Position numbers and translations under genes: made by a program | Source: an uncultured Gammaproteobacteria bacterium | Lineage (GTDB): Bacteria > Patescibacteriota > Microgenomatia > UBA10105 > UBA927 | DNA length: 64,000 bases | Reading direction: 5' to 3' | Assembly (NCBI GenBank): GCA_964596355.1 | Contig: CAZQTD010000003.1 | Location: 20,500 to 84,499 of the forward strand | Notes under the pieces: model-generated | Told to the model about the DNA's origin: nothing | Seen by the model: the letters and a program-made list of their open reading frames with translations, nothing else | Database searches by the model: none | Part shown: positions 41,970 to 50,427 of the stretch, piece after piece | Layout of the letters: each line of letters starts with the position of its first letter | Numbering within the stretch: the first letter of the stretch is position 1

Positions 41970-42716
41970 TTAAGCGCCGCCTTTTCGCCATTTGGGCGAA
42001 CAAATGAGGGGCGAAAAAATATCTTCCTCCATGCTGATGGCAAGATTGCTGATTTCTTTTGGCGTGGGCGCGCGAGTTTGAAATGAAACAAACGGCACTT
42101 CATTGATTAGCGCAAGAGGAGTTTGCTCATTGCCCTCGCCCATTGCGACCACTGCAGCCGCGGCAAGGCCATCAAGTACGCTTGCTTTTGTCACGCGGAG
42201 TGGCCGTCCAAAAATGTCGGGCGTCCCGCGATAATCTTTAAGCGCTTTAAATCCGCACCACGAAATGCCTATGCCGGTTGTGCCCCACCGCAGCGGCGTT
42301 GTATGGCTATCGGTGATAAGTACGCCTACGTGCGTCAAGCGGTGGGTTTTTCGTAGGTGATGCCAAATTTCGCTCGCGCGCTGGTGGACGTTTTTTGGCC
42401 ATAAAATATAATAGCCATCTCCATTGCTTTCATCGATGCCGCCGCTTGCAATTACTGTGTTGTCTTTGATGGTTAAGATAATACCGTATTTGGAAAGACA
42501 TTCGTCCTCCAGATACCACTGTGATTCACTGCGGATAAGCGCACGCTTGTCATCGATCGTTCCATGGGCCCGCACATCGCCGTTGCAAATGCTTATGATT
42601 TTTGATGTGACTGCGACGATACACTGTTCTTGCAGCGGCGGCAGAGATGTATCCAGAATATCAAACAGTGACGTTCCAACGCGTATTTTTTTCGTTTTGA
42701 CCGGGGTAATGATCAT
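41970..42716 (-). CDS. CofE-like gamma-glutamyl ligase (putative folate polyglutamylase, FolC2-like)
   Basis: VTSKIIS, GIDESN, ITDSHTTPLRWG, DYRGTPDIFGR, MGEGNEQTP. Confidence 0.85.
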   Translation of the reverse strand: MIITPVKTKKIRVGTSLFDILDTSLPPLQEQCIVAVTSKIISICNGDVRAHGTIDDKRALIRSESQWYLEDECLSKYGIILTIKDNTVIASGGIDESNGDGYYILWPKNVHQRASEIWHHLRKTHRLTHVGVLITDSHTTPLRWGTTGIGISWCGFKALKDYRGTPDIFGRPLRVTKASVLDGLAAAAVVAMGEGNEQTPLALINEVPFVSFQTRAPTPKEISNLAISMEEDIFSPLICSPKWRKGGA

Positions 42717-42952
42717 GAAGGATAGTGTACGCTTTTTTGTTTTTTTACCAAAAGTGCGAGCAGGTGCTGCTTAGGCTCGGTCTTGGCGCTTGCCTTTTTA
42801 CGTCATTGTTAATATGATCCGCGTGTTTGATCATACGATCAAGCTTTTAGATCTATGTCAACTCTTCGTTTTTTTCGTGCATAAGGTTCACAATAATTGC
42901 ACAAGGCGGGGGTAGCGTTGCATAGTCATCAGCATGCAGAGTAAGACAACGA

Positions 42953-43282
42953 TTAATTGAATAGTTCATACAAATATAAGCTTATTTGTACAGTATTTAA
43001 GGCTACCACAGCCCATGAAATAATAGAGCTAATGTTCATTGCTTTTTCAAATGAAAATGCCCACCGGCTATCATTCGTTTTGGTAAGTGCATATATGCCA
43101 ATCATCCACGCAGTTACTGCTGTACGCATAATATACGCCGCATGAATGCCGTACTCCTGTTTTATTGGTGATCCCAAAATACCAATTTCTGCAAAACCCG
43201 CAAGCGATATTCCTATCGATGTGGTAACGATATCAGCAACGCCTGATCCCCAAAATAATGTCATTAAGCGTTTTTCTTTCAT
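42953..43282 (-). CDS. Small AT-rich membrane protein (DUF5658-like)
   Basis: Three hydrophobic helices, ADIVTT..G..F.E motif and terminal VVALN; promoter TTGATA-17-TATAAT upstream. Confidence 0.55.
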   Translation of the reverse strand: MKEKRLMTLFWGSGVADIVTTSIGISLAGFAEIGILGSPIKQEYGIHAAYIMRTAVTAWMIGIYALTKTNDSRWAFSFEKAMNISSIISWAVVALNTVQISLYLYELFN

Positions 43283-43419
43283 TAAAAATAGGCAGCTGAA
43301 TTGATTATATCGGTTTCTATGTATTATATCAACGGCACAGAAGCACACCAACGATGCTGCGAAGCCGATAAAACGCATGATAAACACAAGGGGCCTAACG
43401 CTTTGAGGAGCTATCGGCG

Positions 43420-43467
43420 GTGTGAAGCTGTATCACCCCAGGGGTGTGCAGTAGCACATCCGGCGAC
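43420..43467. repeat. Degenerate GGTGTGAAG / CACCCCnGGGGTG repeat element
   Basis: Similar to 63636-63685 inside uvrA and to 28965-28983. Confidence 0.5.
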
Positions 43468-43483
43468 GCAATTCTGCATGCGC

Positions 43484-44011
43484 CTACGATTCATCTTGGA
43501 ACTTTTTGTGTGCTCTTTCTATTCTATGAAGAGCTTCCTCTTTGCCGTGCCAATCTTTTACATGGACTGTTTTATGCTCAAGATGTTTATATTCCTTAAA
43601 GAACTGTTCGATTTCATCGCGATAATGCTTGTCAATATCAGAAACGTTTTGTATAGAAGAGAGCTTAGGATCGGAATCAGCGACAGCCACAATCTTCCAG
43701 TCCGTGCCGGCTTCATCGGACATATCCAGAATACCTACCGGCCGCGCCTGAACTACGCATCCGGGAAATAACGGGTCGGTGATAAGAACAAGCGCATCAA
43801 GGCTGTCGCCGTCATCGGACCGCGTGTTGGGGATGAATCCATAATCCGTTGGGTAAAAAACCGCGGAGTGAAGCACGCGGTCGAGCTTGATTTCGTCCAA
43901 TTTCTCATCGTATTCATATTTATGGTGGGAGCCCCTTGGTATTTCAATGACGACGTTTATATGCTCCGGCGCATCTTTGCCGATAGGAATGTGTGCATAT
44001 GACATATACAA
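43484..44011 (-). CDS. ppa: Family I inorganic pyrophosphatase
   Basis: VIEIPRGS..KYEYD, LDRVL, YGFIP, DGDSLD, FFKEYK; SD AGGAG. Confidence 0.95.
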   Translation of the reverse strand: MYMSYAHIPIGKDAPEHINVVIEIPRGSHHKYEYDEKLDEIKLDRVLHSAVFYPTDYGFIPNTRSDDGDSLDALVLITDPLFPGCVVQARPVGILDMSDEAGTDWKIVAVADSDPKLSSIQNVSDIDKHYRDEIEQFFKEYKHLEHKTVHVKDWHGKEEALHRIERAHKKFQDES

Positions 44012-44157
44012 AACTCCTTTCTATTTACCCTAGCACAAACGCCGCATCTCCTGCAACCTCGGCTCATGACGGTATGAGTGAATGTCGTGATATGCGTTGG
44101 CTTTTGTTAAATCGAGGTGAGGGGAATAGCGCCGCGCCGCCAGTTCTGACAGTCAGA

Positions 44158-44685
44158 CTATTCTTCGGGCGGTAGGAATTCCTCACCGGGCGTGAGCCTG
44201 GTTTCGCCCGCCTTGAGCCATTCTACATATGGGCAGCCGGTGGGCTGGCGCGCCGCGCGGTCCCAGCCTGCGGTAGAGCATTTTTTCATGCGTTTGCCTG
44301 CATTGGTCGTAAAAAGCACAAGCGGCTGGCCGCAGTTCGGACACTTTTCATCAAGCGTTTCCGTGGTGCCGTTTATCCATTGCACGTAAGTACAGCCGGT
44401 TGGTTTTTTAGCAACCTTATCCCAGCCTCCTGTTGAACACCGTTTCATCTTTTTGCCAAAGCGCGTCAGTTGCAAAACCAGCGCAGATCCGCAGTTGGGA
44501 CACGCTTCATCAAGCATCTGCGGCTCAACCGGCAGCCACAATACGTAGTTACACCCTTCGGTTTTGCGTGTTTCTTTATTCCAAACGCCTTTGGAGCACC
44601 GTTTGAGCTTGCGCCCCGTCGGCGTTTCTATAACATCTGTTAGTGATGATCCGCATTTGGGACAAACACTGGTATCTGTATTCAT
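44158..44685 (-). CDS. Stand-alone topoisomerase-I-type C4 zinc-ribbon repeat protein (YrdD-like)
   Basis: Three repeats of CPxCGxxL..GKxMKxCS..W..GCxYVxW. Confidence 0.75.
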   Translation of the reverse strand: MNTDTSVCPKCGSSLTDVIETPTGRKLKRCSKGVWNKETRKTEGCNYVLWLPVEPQMLDEACPNCGSALVLQLTRFGKKMKRCSTGGWDKVAKKPTGCTYVQWINGTTETLDEKCPNCGQPLVLFTTNAGKRMKKCSTAGWDRAARQPTGCPYVEWLKAGETRLTPGEEFLPPEE

Positions 44686-44790
44686 AAAACCACAATAGCA
44701 CGATTGACAAGAGTTATGAAGAAGGAAAACACATGCGGTTCGTCAACCGCGTCGACACAGGTGGTTCGATTTGATATAATTGTTACTGCC

Positions 44791-44864
44791 GCCCCCATCG
44801 TCTAGCGGCCTAGGACGACTGGTTTTCAGCCAGTAAATCCGCGGTTCGAATCCGCGTGGGGGTA
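44791..44864 (+). tRNA. tRNA-Glu (TTC)
   Basis: Acceptor GCCCCCA/TGGGGGT, anticodon arm ACTGG-TTTTCAG-CCAGT, GGTTCGAATCC; TATAAT at 44775. Confidence 0.93.
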
Positions 44865-44998
44865 CCGAGTTGCCGCGACGGTCTTCCGTGTTTTCGAATT
44901 GTGAGCGATAACACTGATTAACACTATTGATTCATCAAGACGTTTGAGACGTACTCATAATCATCGGGTGACTCCGGTTATGCTATGCTATAGCTACG

Positions 44999-45235
44999 AT
45001 GGTTTCGGATACGCTTATTAGCGGCGCGACGCATCTTTGCAAAACCCACGATGAGGTTTCGTACCCGTTATTTCAACGTGTGCTTATGATTGACGCTGAT
45101 ACTGCCGAAGAGGTATTTGACGAGCTTGTTCGTATTGGTTTGGTTGACATCGTGCGAATCGAAGGCGAAGATGATGATAACGTTGTAATTGGCCAAGTAA
45201 ATAAAGAACGAATACAACAATTAGACGTACATTGA
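44999..45235 (+). CDS. Small acidic protein resembling a stand-alone FtsK gamma winged-helix domain
   Basis: DTLISGA..VSYPLFQRVLMIDADTAEEVFDELVRIGLV matches the D.L...A..S.S.LQR.L.I...A..L.D.L...G.V pattern. Confidence 0.55.
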   Translation: MVSDTLISGATHLCKTHDEVSYPLFQRVLMIDADTAEEVFDELVRIGLVDIVRIEGEDDDNVVIGQVNKERIQQLDVH

Positions 45236-45239
45236 TCGT

Positions 45240-45719
45240 ATGGCCACATATTATCTTTGGCTTACGTTCCTTGCGATCTGTGTCGCCGGATCATTTGTTA
45301 CCTACTGGTTCCTCACGGGCATGTTGAACCCGTTTATTGAAGCAGTGGTCGGCATCGTTATTACCGGCGTCCTTACGGTTGCGTCTTTTTTTCTTACGCC
45401 GTTCATGCGTTTCGGTCAATTACTCATGCGTGGATTTGGCAGAATTCCGCTATCAATGAAAGCTATTCTGTATTTCTGTATCGGATGCGGAGTTTTTATC
45501 TTCGATCATTACTACAACACCACGATATTCGCCAAAGAGGAAATGACGTTTTACCTGTTAAACATTATGGGAACTGCGTACAGGGTAACAGAGATTGCCT
45601 GCTGGATTGGCGGCTTTTTCCTATTTTTATGCGCACGCATCGTTCTTAAGGGGTTTGGTGCGCTTTTTCATTACACATTTGACCGGACAATACGCATATC
45701 TGTTTTGATATATCGATAA
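45240..45719 (+). CDS. Hypothetical polytopic membrane protein
   Basis: 159 aa with about four hydrophobic segments; starts 4 nt after the upstream stop. Confidence 0.6.
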   Translation: MATYYLWLTFLAICVAGSFVTYWFLTGMLNPFIEAVVGIVITGVLTVASFFLTPFMRFGQLLMRGFGRIPLSMKAILYFCIGCGVFIFDHYYNTTIFAKEEMTFYLLNIMGTAYRVTEIACWIGGFFLFLCARIVLKGFGALFHYTFDRTIRISVLIYR

Positions 45720-45777
45720 GTCGCGCAGAGATGCGTGATATGTTGCGTCAGTTTGTTGGAGCTGTGAGCACCGTCTG

Positions 45778-46362
45778 TTACTTGGCCCAGCAGTTCCTGC
45801 ACCGCGCCTCGTACGCGTCGGTGCGGCCCACGAGCTCGGGATCGGCTTCAAGTGGGTTAATGCGTGCCGTACTGTTGGTAATACGCTTATGGAAGAGAGC
45901 CTCTTCTCCGCACAGTGTGCAAATTGCAGAAAGCTTGGTGGCTTTATCAGCCAAGGCCAAAAGCGCAGGGACAGGTACAAACGGTTGCCGATCGTATGTC
46001 ATGGCTAATCCCGACACAATCACGTGTTTTCCCGCATCCACAAGTTTCATAACCGCGGAAACAAGCTCCTTGCCAAACCACTGCGCTTCATCTATGGCAA
46101 CGACTTCGGTATCCGGTCGCACACGCGCAAGTATTTGCTTTGCGCTTCGTACAAGTTCTGATTCAAAGCTTATGCCGGCATGGGAAAATATCTTGCGGTC
46201 TTTGCCATAGCGCGTATCGATGGCATGCTTAAAGACTTGTACCCGCTTCTTTGCGATCGTGGCGCGTTTGACTTGACGGATGAGCTCTTCAGTTTTACCG
46301 CAGTACATAGGGCCGGCGATGACTTCCAAATATCCGCGGTTCCGTTTCACAGTTTGCTTCAT
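45778..46362 (-). CDS. tdk: Thymidine kinase
   Basis: GPMYCGKT, IDEAQ, C..CG and YEARCRNC zinc motif; ATG 7 nt after TATACT. Confidence 0.93.
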   Translation of the reverse strand: MKQTVKRNRGYLEVIAGPMYCGKTEELIRQVKRATIAKKRVQVFKHAIDTRYGKDRKIFSHAGISFESELVRSAKQILARVRPDTEVVAIDEAQWFGKELVSAVMKLVDAGKHVIVSGLAMTYDRQPFVPVPALLALADKATKLSAICTLCGEEALFHKRITNSTARINPLEADPELVGRTDAYEARCRNCWAK

Positions 46363-46400
46363 AGCTTTAAGTATATACCGACGACAGTCTGTGTGCACGA

Positions 46401-46428
46401 TGTTACTATGTTTTAAAACATAGTAACA
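46401..46428. repeat. Perfect 28-bp palindrome TGTTACTATGTTTTAAAACATAGTAACA
   Basis: Exact self reverse complement between divergent tdk and the dinB cassette; second copy at 11271. Confidence 0.9.
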
Positions 46429-46445
46429 GGGGTGATTTTGATATT

Positions 46446-46495
46446 GTTCGTATTATTTTCGTTATATTGACACTTTTATTCGGGTTTTTTACGAT
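46446..46495 (+). promoter_or_regulatory. Promoter of the small ORF-dinB cassette with candidate LexA direct-repeat boxes
   Basis: TTGACA(46467)-17-TACGAT(46490); GTTCGT-N5-TTTCGT (46446-46462) and ATTCGG-N5-TTACGA (46478-46494). Confidence 0.6.
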
Positions 46496-46503
46496 AACTT
46501 CGT

Positions 46504-46758
46504 ATGCCGGAAGTTATTGATGAATCCATTTCCGTTGATCTTCTTAGCAACCACATGAAAGGCACAGCGTACCCGTGGATCATCCATTGGCGGGGGAATC
46601 GGTACATGATAACCAACGTCGGCCTCCATTACACGACGCGTGAAGGTAGGACGCTGATTCACATATTCTCCGTCACCGATGGCAACACGTTCTTTAAGCT
46701 CCGGTTTAATACCGAGAATCTGGGGTGGAAATTGCTGGAAATAGACACAATAAATTAA
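46504..46758 (+). CDS. Small beta-rich protein (DUF6504 / ImuB C-terminal-like), putative DinB partner
   Basis: P..I.WRGNRY.I..V..H...F.V......F.L.F......W.L..I pattern; directly upstream of dinB. Confidence 0.65.
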   Translation: MPEVIDESISVDLLSNHMKGTAYPWIIHWRGNRYMITNVGLHYTTREGRTLIHIFSVTDGNTFFKLRFNTENLGWKLLEIDTIN

Positions 46759-46837
46759 CCCAATTGATCTAATTGACCACATGTTTAAGCAAATTCCAAT
46801 TTCCCAATGTAAGTATTGGCGCTTATTTTAGAATAAT

Positions 46838-48163
46838 ATGGATTTTGCCTCCGAGTTTCCCACCATCATGCACATAGATCTCAATTCGTGCTTTGCCACG
46901 ATTGAACAGCAGGCAAATCCGCTTCTGCGGGGCAAACCTGTGGCTGTAGCGGCATACACGACGAGCCGCGGGTGTATTCTAGCCGCGTCAACGGAAGCCA
47001 AGCGTTTGGGAGTCAAAACCGGCATGCGGGTAATCGACGGCAGGACGCTTGTACCGCGCCTAGTTGTCCTTCCGCCGGATCCGGAGAAATACCGATGGGT
47101 GAATCAAAAACTTCAGATCCTGCTTGGCTCCTATACGCCATATTGTTCGATTGAATCGATTGATGAAATCGTGATGGATGTCAAAATACACCGTCTCATT
47201 GCGCCATTGCTTCATGGTCAAAATAACCATGAAACCATGGAACCATGGAAGAATAATTTCTTGAATAATAGACGCATCATTGATGCCATGACGCGAATCG
47301 CTCAAGAGATTAAGAAGCGGATAAAAGCAGAGATTGGCGAGTGGTTGACTGTCTCCATTGGTATTGCGCCCAACCGGTATCTGGCGAAAGTTGCCTCTGG
47401 CCTCCATAAACCGGATGGGCTGGACGTCATTACCAAAGAAACGATCACGCCGGTTTTTGAACGTTTGACTCTTGAGGATCTCTGCGGCATCAAGCAGGGG
47501 ATAGCCAATCGCCTGCGCGCAAGCGGCATTACGACGCCGGTTGCGATGCTTGCCGCTCCTGCGCAGACACTTGTGCGGGCGCTTAACTCCATAACCGGTT
47601 ACCACTGGTGGCGTCGGCTTCATGGGTACGAAGACGGCGTGGTGTATAAGAAGTTAGACAAAGAGAAAGAGGTCCGGCAAAAGACATTTGGTCAATCGTT
47701 TGCCCTTGGAATAGCGCATATGCCGACACAAGCCGCGACACTGCAAATTCTTTCTCAACTCGTTGCCAAAATGGGAAGACGGCTTCGCAGAAATGGCTTT
47801 ACCGCCCGCGGCGTAGGAGTATCGCTCCTTTTTACCGACGGGAGCCACTGGCATGAGCAAAAAATGGTGCATGGCCATCTTTTTGCCGATGGCGACTTTT
47901 ACTGTCTCGCCGGTGAAATGCTTGCTCACGCCCCAGCGCGTTTGATACGGACGTTAGCGATAACAACCTATAAACTGACGCATGATCTGTATGCGCAGGA
48001 AAGCCTGCTTGCTGAAGAGCAGAGGAAACGGCGCATCACCCAGACTCTTGATGCAGTCCATGATCGCTTTGGCGAGCGAATTGTGATCACCGGCAGAATG
48101 CTTCGGATGGAGCAAAGGGTAGTAGATAGAATTGCCTTTGGCAGGGCAAGGGAACTGGTGTAG
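46838..48163 (+). CDS. dinB: Y-family DNA polymerase (DinB/Pol IV-like)
   Basis: HIDLNSCFATIE, EAKRLGVKTGM, SIDE, LAKVAS..KPDG, clamp-like QESLL. Confidence 0.92.
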   Translation: MDFASEFPTIMHIDLNSCFATIEQQANPLLRGKPVAVAAYTTSRGCILAASTEAKRLGVKTGMRVIDGRTLVPRLVVLPPDPEKYRWVNQKLQILLGSYTPYCSIESIDEIVMDVKIHRLIAPLLHGQNNHETMEPWKNNFLNNRRIIDAMTRIAQEIKKRIKAEIGEWLTVSIGIAPNRYLAKVASGLHKPDGLDVITKETITPVFERLTLEDLCGIKQGIANRLRASGITTPVAMLAAPAQTLVRALNSITGYHWWRRLHGYEDGVVYKKLDKEKEVRQKTFGQSFALGIAHMPTQAATLQILSQLVAKMGRRLRRNGFTARGVGVSLLFTDGSHWHEQKMVHGHLFADGDFYCLAGEMLAHAPARLIRTLAITTYKLTHDLYAQESLLAEEQRKRRITQTLDAVHDRFGERIVITGRMLRMEQRVVDRIAFGRARELV

Positions 48164-48175
48164 AATGCGCGTGAT

Positions 48176-49387
48176 ATGACTGACTACCGGCCGCTTGCTG
48201 ACATCCTTAGACCCCAAACGCTGGATGACGTCATAGGGCAGAAGCATCTCGTGGGGAAGAACGGCATAATACGCAGAGTGCTGGCGTCGGGCTTTCTCCC
48301 CTCGATGATTTTCTGGGGTCCTCCCGGCTGCGGAAAAACCACGCTTGCGCATGTGTTAGCCTCTTCAACAGTTGCACATTTTGAGGCGCATTCTGCCGTC
48401 ACGGCGTCTCTGACCGATGTGCGCCGCGTGGTGAAACAGGCCGCTGAACGGCGTAAAACCGGCAAACAAACCGTGTTGTTCATAGATGAAATTCACCGGT
48501 TTAATAAGGCGCAGCAGGACGCGCTTCTACCGCATGTGGAAAAGGGAACCGTGATTTTTATAGGCGCAACCACGGAAAATCCATCGTTTGAGGTCGTTTC
48601 GCCGCTTTTGTCGCGGGTACGCGTATTGGTTCTCAATCCGCTTGACGATCAAGAACTCAATGCTGTTATCGACCGCGGCCTCGCGTATCTTAAGAGAACG
48701 CTTGATATTGAAGCCAGGAAGTTTTTGCTTAGCGCGGCAAACGGCGACGCAAGAAGCGCACTTACTATTCTTGAAATTGCGGCACAATTTAAATCGAGCC
48801 AGATGTCGAAAACAAAAGCGCGTAATCCAAACGCCATATCCGTTCAAGACATTGAAGAAGCTGCGCAGCGAAAAATGCTTCAGTATGATCGTGGCGGAGA
48901 AGAGCATTACAACACAATGAGCGCGTTTATTAAATCCATGCGCGCGGGCGATGTGGACGCGGCGCTTTATTATTTAGCTCGCATGGTAGATGCCGGGGAA
49001 GATCCGCTGTTTATCGCTCGACGAATGGTGGTGTTTGCGTCGGAAGACATTGGGGTTGCTCAACCCACAGCTCTCGTTGTTGCCAACGCGGTATTTGACG
49101 CGTGCCACACAATCGGCTACCCGGAGTGTCAGGAAAATCTTGCGCACGGCGTGGTTTATCTTTGTCTTGCAAAAAAAGATCGGAGTGCCTACGATGCCTA
49201 TATACAAGCTCTTGGTGATGTTAAAAAATACGGAAACCTTCCGATTCCGCTTGTCATCAGAAATGCGCCGACCAAGCTCATGAAGGAGCTACACTACGGC
49301 AAAGGATACAATTACTACCCTATAGAAAGTCTGTTACCTGATAAAATAAAGGGAAAGACGTACTATAAAAGGAGTCAACTCGCGTGA
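48176..49387 (+). CDS. rarA: Replication-associated recombination protein A (MgsA/RarA)
   Basis: PLADILRP, GPPGCGKT, DEIHRFNKAQQD, GATTENPSF, ASEDIG. Confidence 0.96.
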   Translation: MTDYRPLADILRPQTLDDVIGQKHLVGKNGIIRRVLASGFLPSMIFWGPPGCGKTTLAHVLASSTVAHFEAHSAVTASLTDVRRVVKQAAERRKTGKQTVLFIDEIHRFNKAQQDALLPHVEKGTVIFIGATTENPSFEVVSPLLSRVRVLVLNPLDDQELNAVIDRGLAYLKRTLDIEARKFLLSAANGDARSALTILEIAAQFKSSQMSKTKARNPNAISVQDIEEAAQRKMLQYDRGGEEHYNTMSAFIKSMRAGDVDAALYYLARMVDAGEDPLFIARRMVVFASEDIGVAQPTALVVANAVFDACHTIGYPECQENLAHGVVYLCLAKKDRSAYDAYIQALGDVKKYGNLPIPLVIRNAPTKLMKELHYGKGYNYYPIESLLPDKIKGKTYYKRSQLA

Positions 49388-49465
49388 TGTTGCCGTTCAT
49401 GTTGCAGACAATTTGTCGTGGGATTATAGCGTCAACTGCTTGCGTTTTAAAGGGAGGTGATACCA

Positions 49466-49714
49466 ATGGATGTCCAAATCGGTAAAATAACGCATTATTA
49501 TGACAAAATCGGCGTTGCCGTCGTTGAAGCGATGAATCAGCCGCTTAAAGTAGGCGATAAAGTCAAAATTTCCGGTCACGACAAGGAGTTTATACAGACA
49601 GTGCAATCGCTTCAAGTTGAGCACGAACAGGTTGCGGAATTGAAGCCCAAAGAACGCGGCGGCATGAAAGTGGATGAGCCGGTCAAAGCGGGCGACGTAT
49701 TGTATCTCCTATGA
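49466..49714 (+). CDS. Small beta-barrel protein (EF-Tu domain 2 / U32 peptidase C-terminal-like)
   Basis: IGKITHYYDKIGVAVV..LKVGD..QTVQSLQVEH..GMKVDEPVKAGD; SD GGGAGG. Confidence 0.75.
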   Translation: MDVQIGKITHYYDKIGVAVVEAMNQPLKVGDKVKISGHDKEFIQTVQSLQVEHEQVAELKPKERGGMKVDEPVKAGDVLYLL

Positions 49715-50427
49715 TTACCCTTCTGCACGGCGACCATATCGAAGCGTCGCGTCGGGCGCTTGTCGCGATCAAAGAAAACGCGGCAGGGAAGGAGATTCGA
49801 GAACTTGACGGCCGCACGCTTGATGTAACGCTTTTAACAAGCGCGCTTGAGTCACGATCACTGTTTGACAGAAGCATATGTATCGTGATCGAACGATTGC
49901 TTTTTCATGGAGGGAAAAAGCCAAAAAGAACCGACGACCTTATACAACAGCTTGCCAAACACGCGAAGGAGGCCGACATCGTGTTGTGGGAAGAAGGCAA
50001 GGTGAGCGATGCGACTATCAGGGCGCTTGGGCCGGATATTTCGGCACAGCTGTTTGCCGTGCCTGATGTTCTATTTCGGTTTCTTGACAGCCTTCGACCA
50101 GACAACGCTCAGGCGCTTCTGGCGCTTTATGAAAGCCTTAGGCGCAAAGAGAGCGCGGAGTTGGTGTTTTCTATGATGGTCAAACGCATCCGTCAGCTTA
50201 TTCAAATTGGCTCCGGGACAGCTCCTTGCGGTCTTAAAGATTGGCAAATCGCGCGATTGACAACCCAAGCCAAGTCATTTAGCATGAAAAAGCTTGGCTG
50301 GTTGCATCAGACGCTTCGGTTTATTGACTATGCGGTGAAAACCGGAGCGAGCCCGTTTTCGCTTTCCGAGCATATAGAACTGCTGCTTGTCGCTTTATCG
50401 TATGGTGATAGACATTTCTATTTTTAA
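49711..50427 (+). CDS. holA: DNA polymerase III delta subunit (short form)
   Basis: ITLLHGD, SRSLF, LFRFLD, DYAVKTG pattern of HolA with an internal deletion. Confidence 0.75.
   Translation: MITLLHGDHIEASRRALVAIKENAAGKEIRELDGRTLDVTLLTSALESRSLFDRSICIVIERLLFHGGKKPKRTDDLIQQLAKHAKEADIVLWEEGKVSDATIRALGPDISAQLFAVPDVLFRFLDSLRPDNAQALLALYESLRRKESAELVFSMMVKRIRQLIQIGSGTAPCGLKDWQIARLTTQAKSFSMKKLGWLHQTLRFIDYAVKTGASPFSLSEHIELLLVALSYGDRHFYF

Noticed and set aside
42765-42810. Possible c-di-GMP-I riboswitch (GGCAA...GCCTAA on the minus strand)
   Set aside because: P2 stem with GNRA loop and P1 pairing cannot be formed
42935-42965. GCAGAGTA, resembling the start of a THF riboswitch near a folate-related gene
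   Set aside because: Wrong strand for that gene, runs into a coding region and lacks the downstream conserved elements
44897-44913. AATTGTGAGCGATAACA, resembling lacO1 or a LacI-family cre site
   Set aside because: Single degenerate match that could arise by chance in 64 kb; no LacI-family gene or vector sequence nearby
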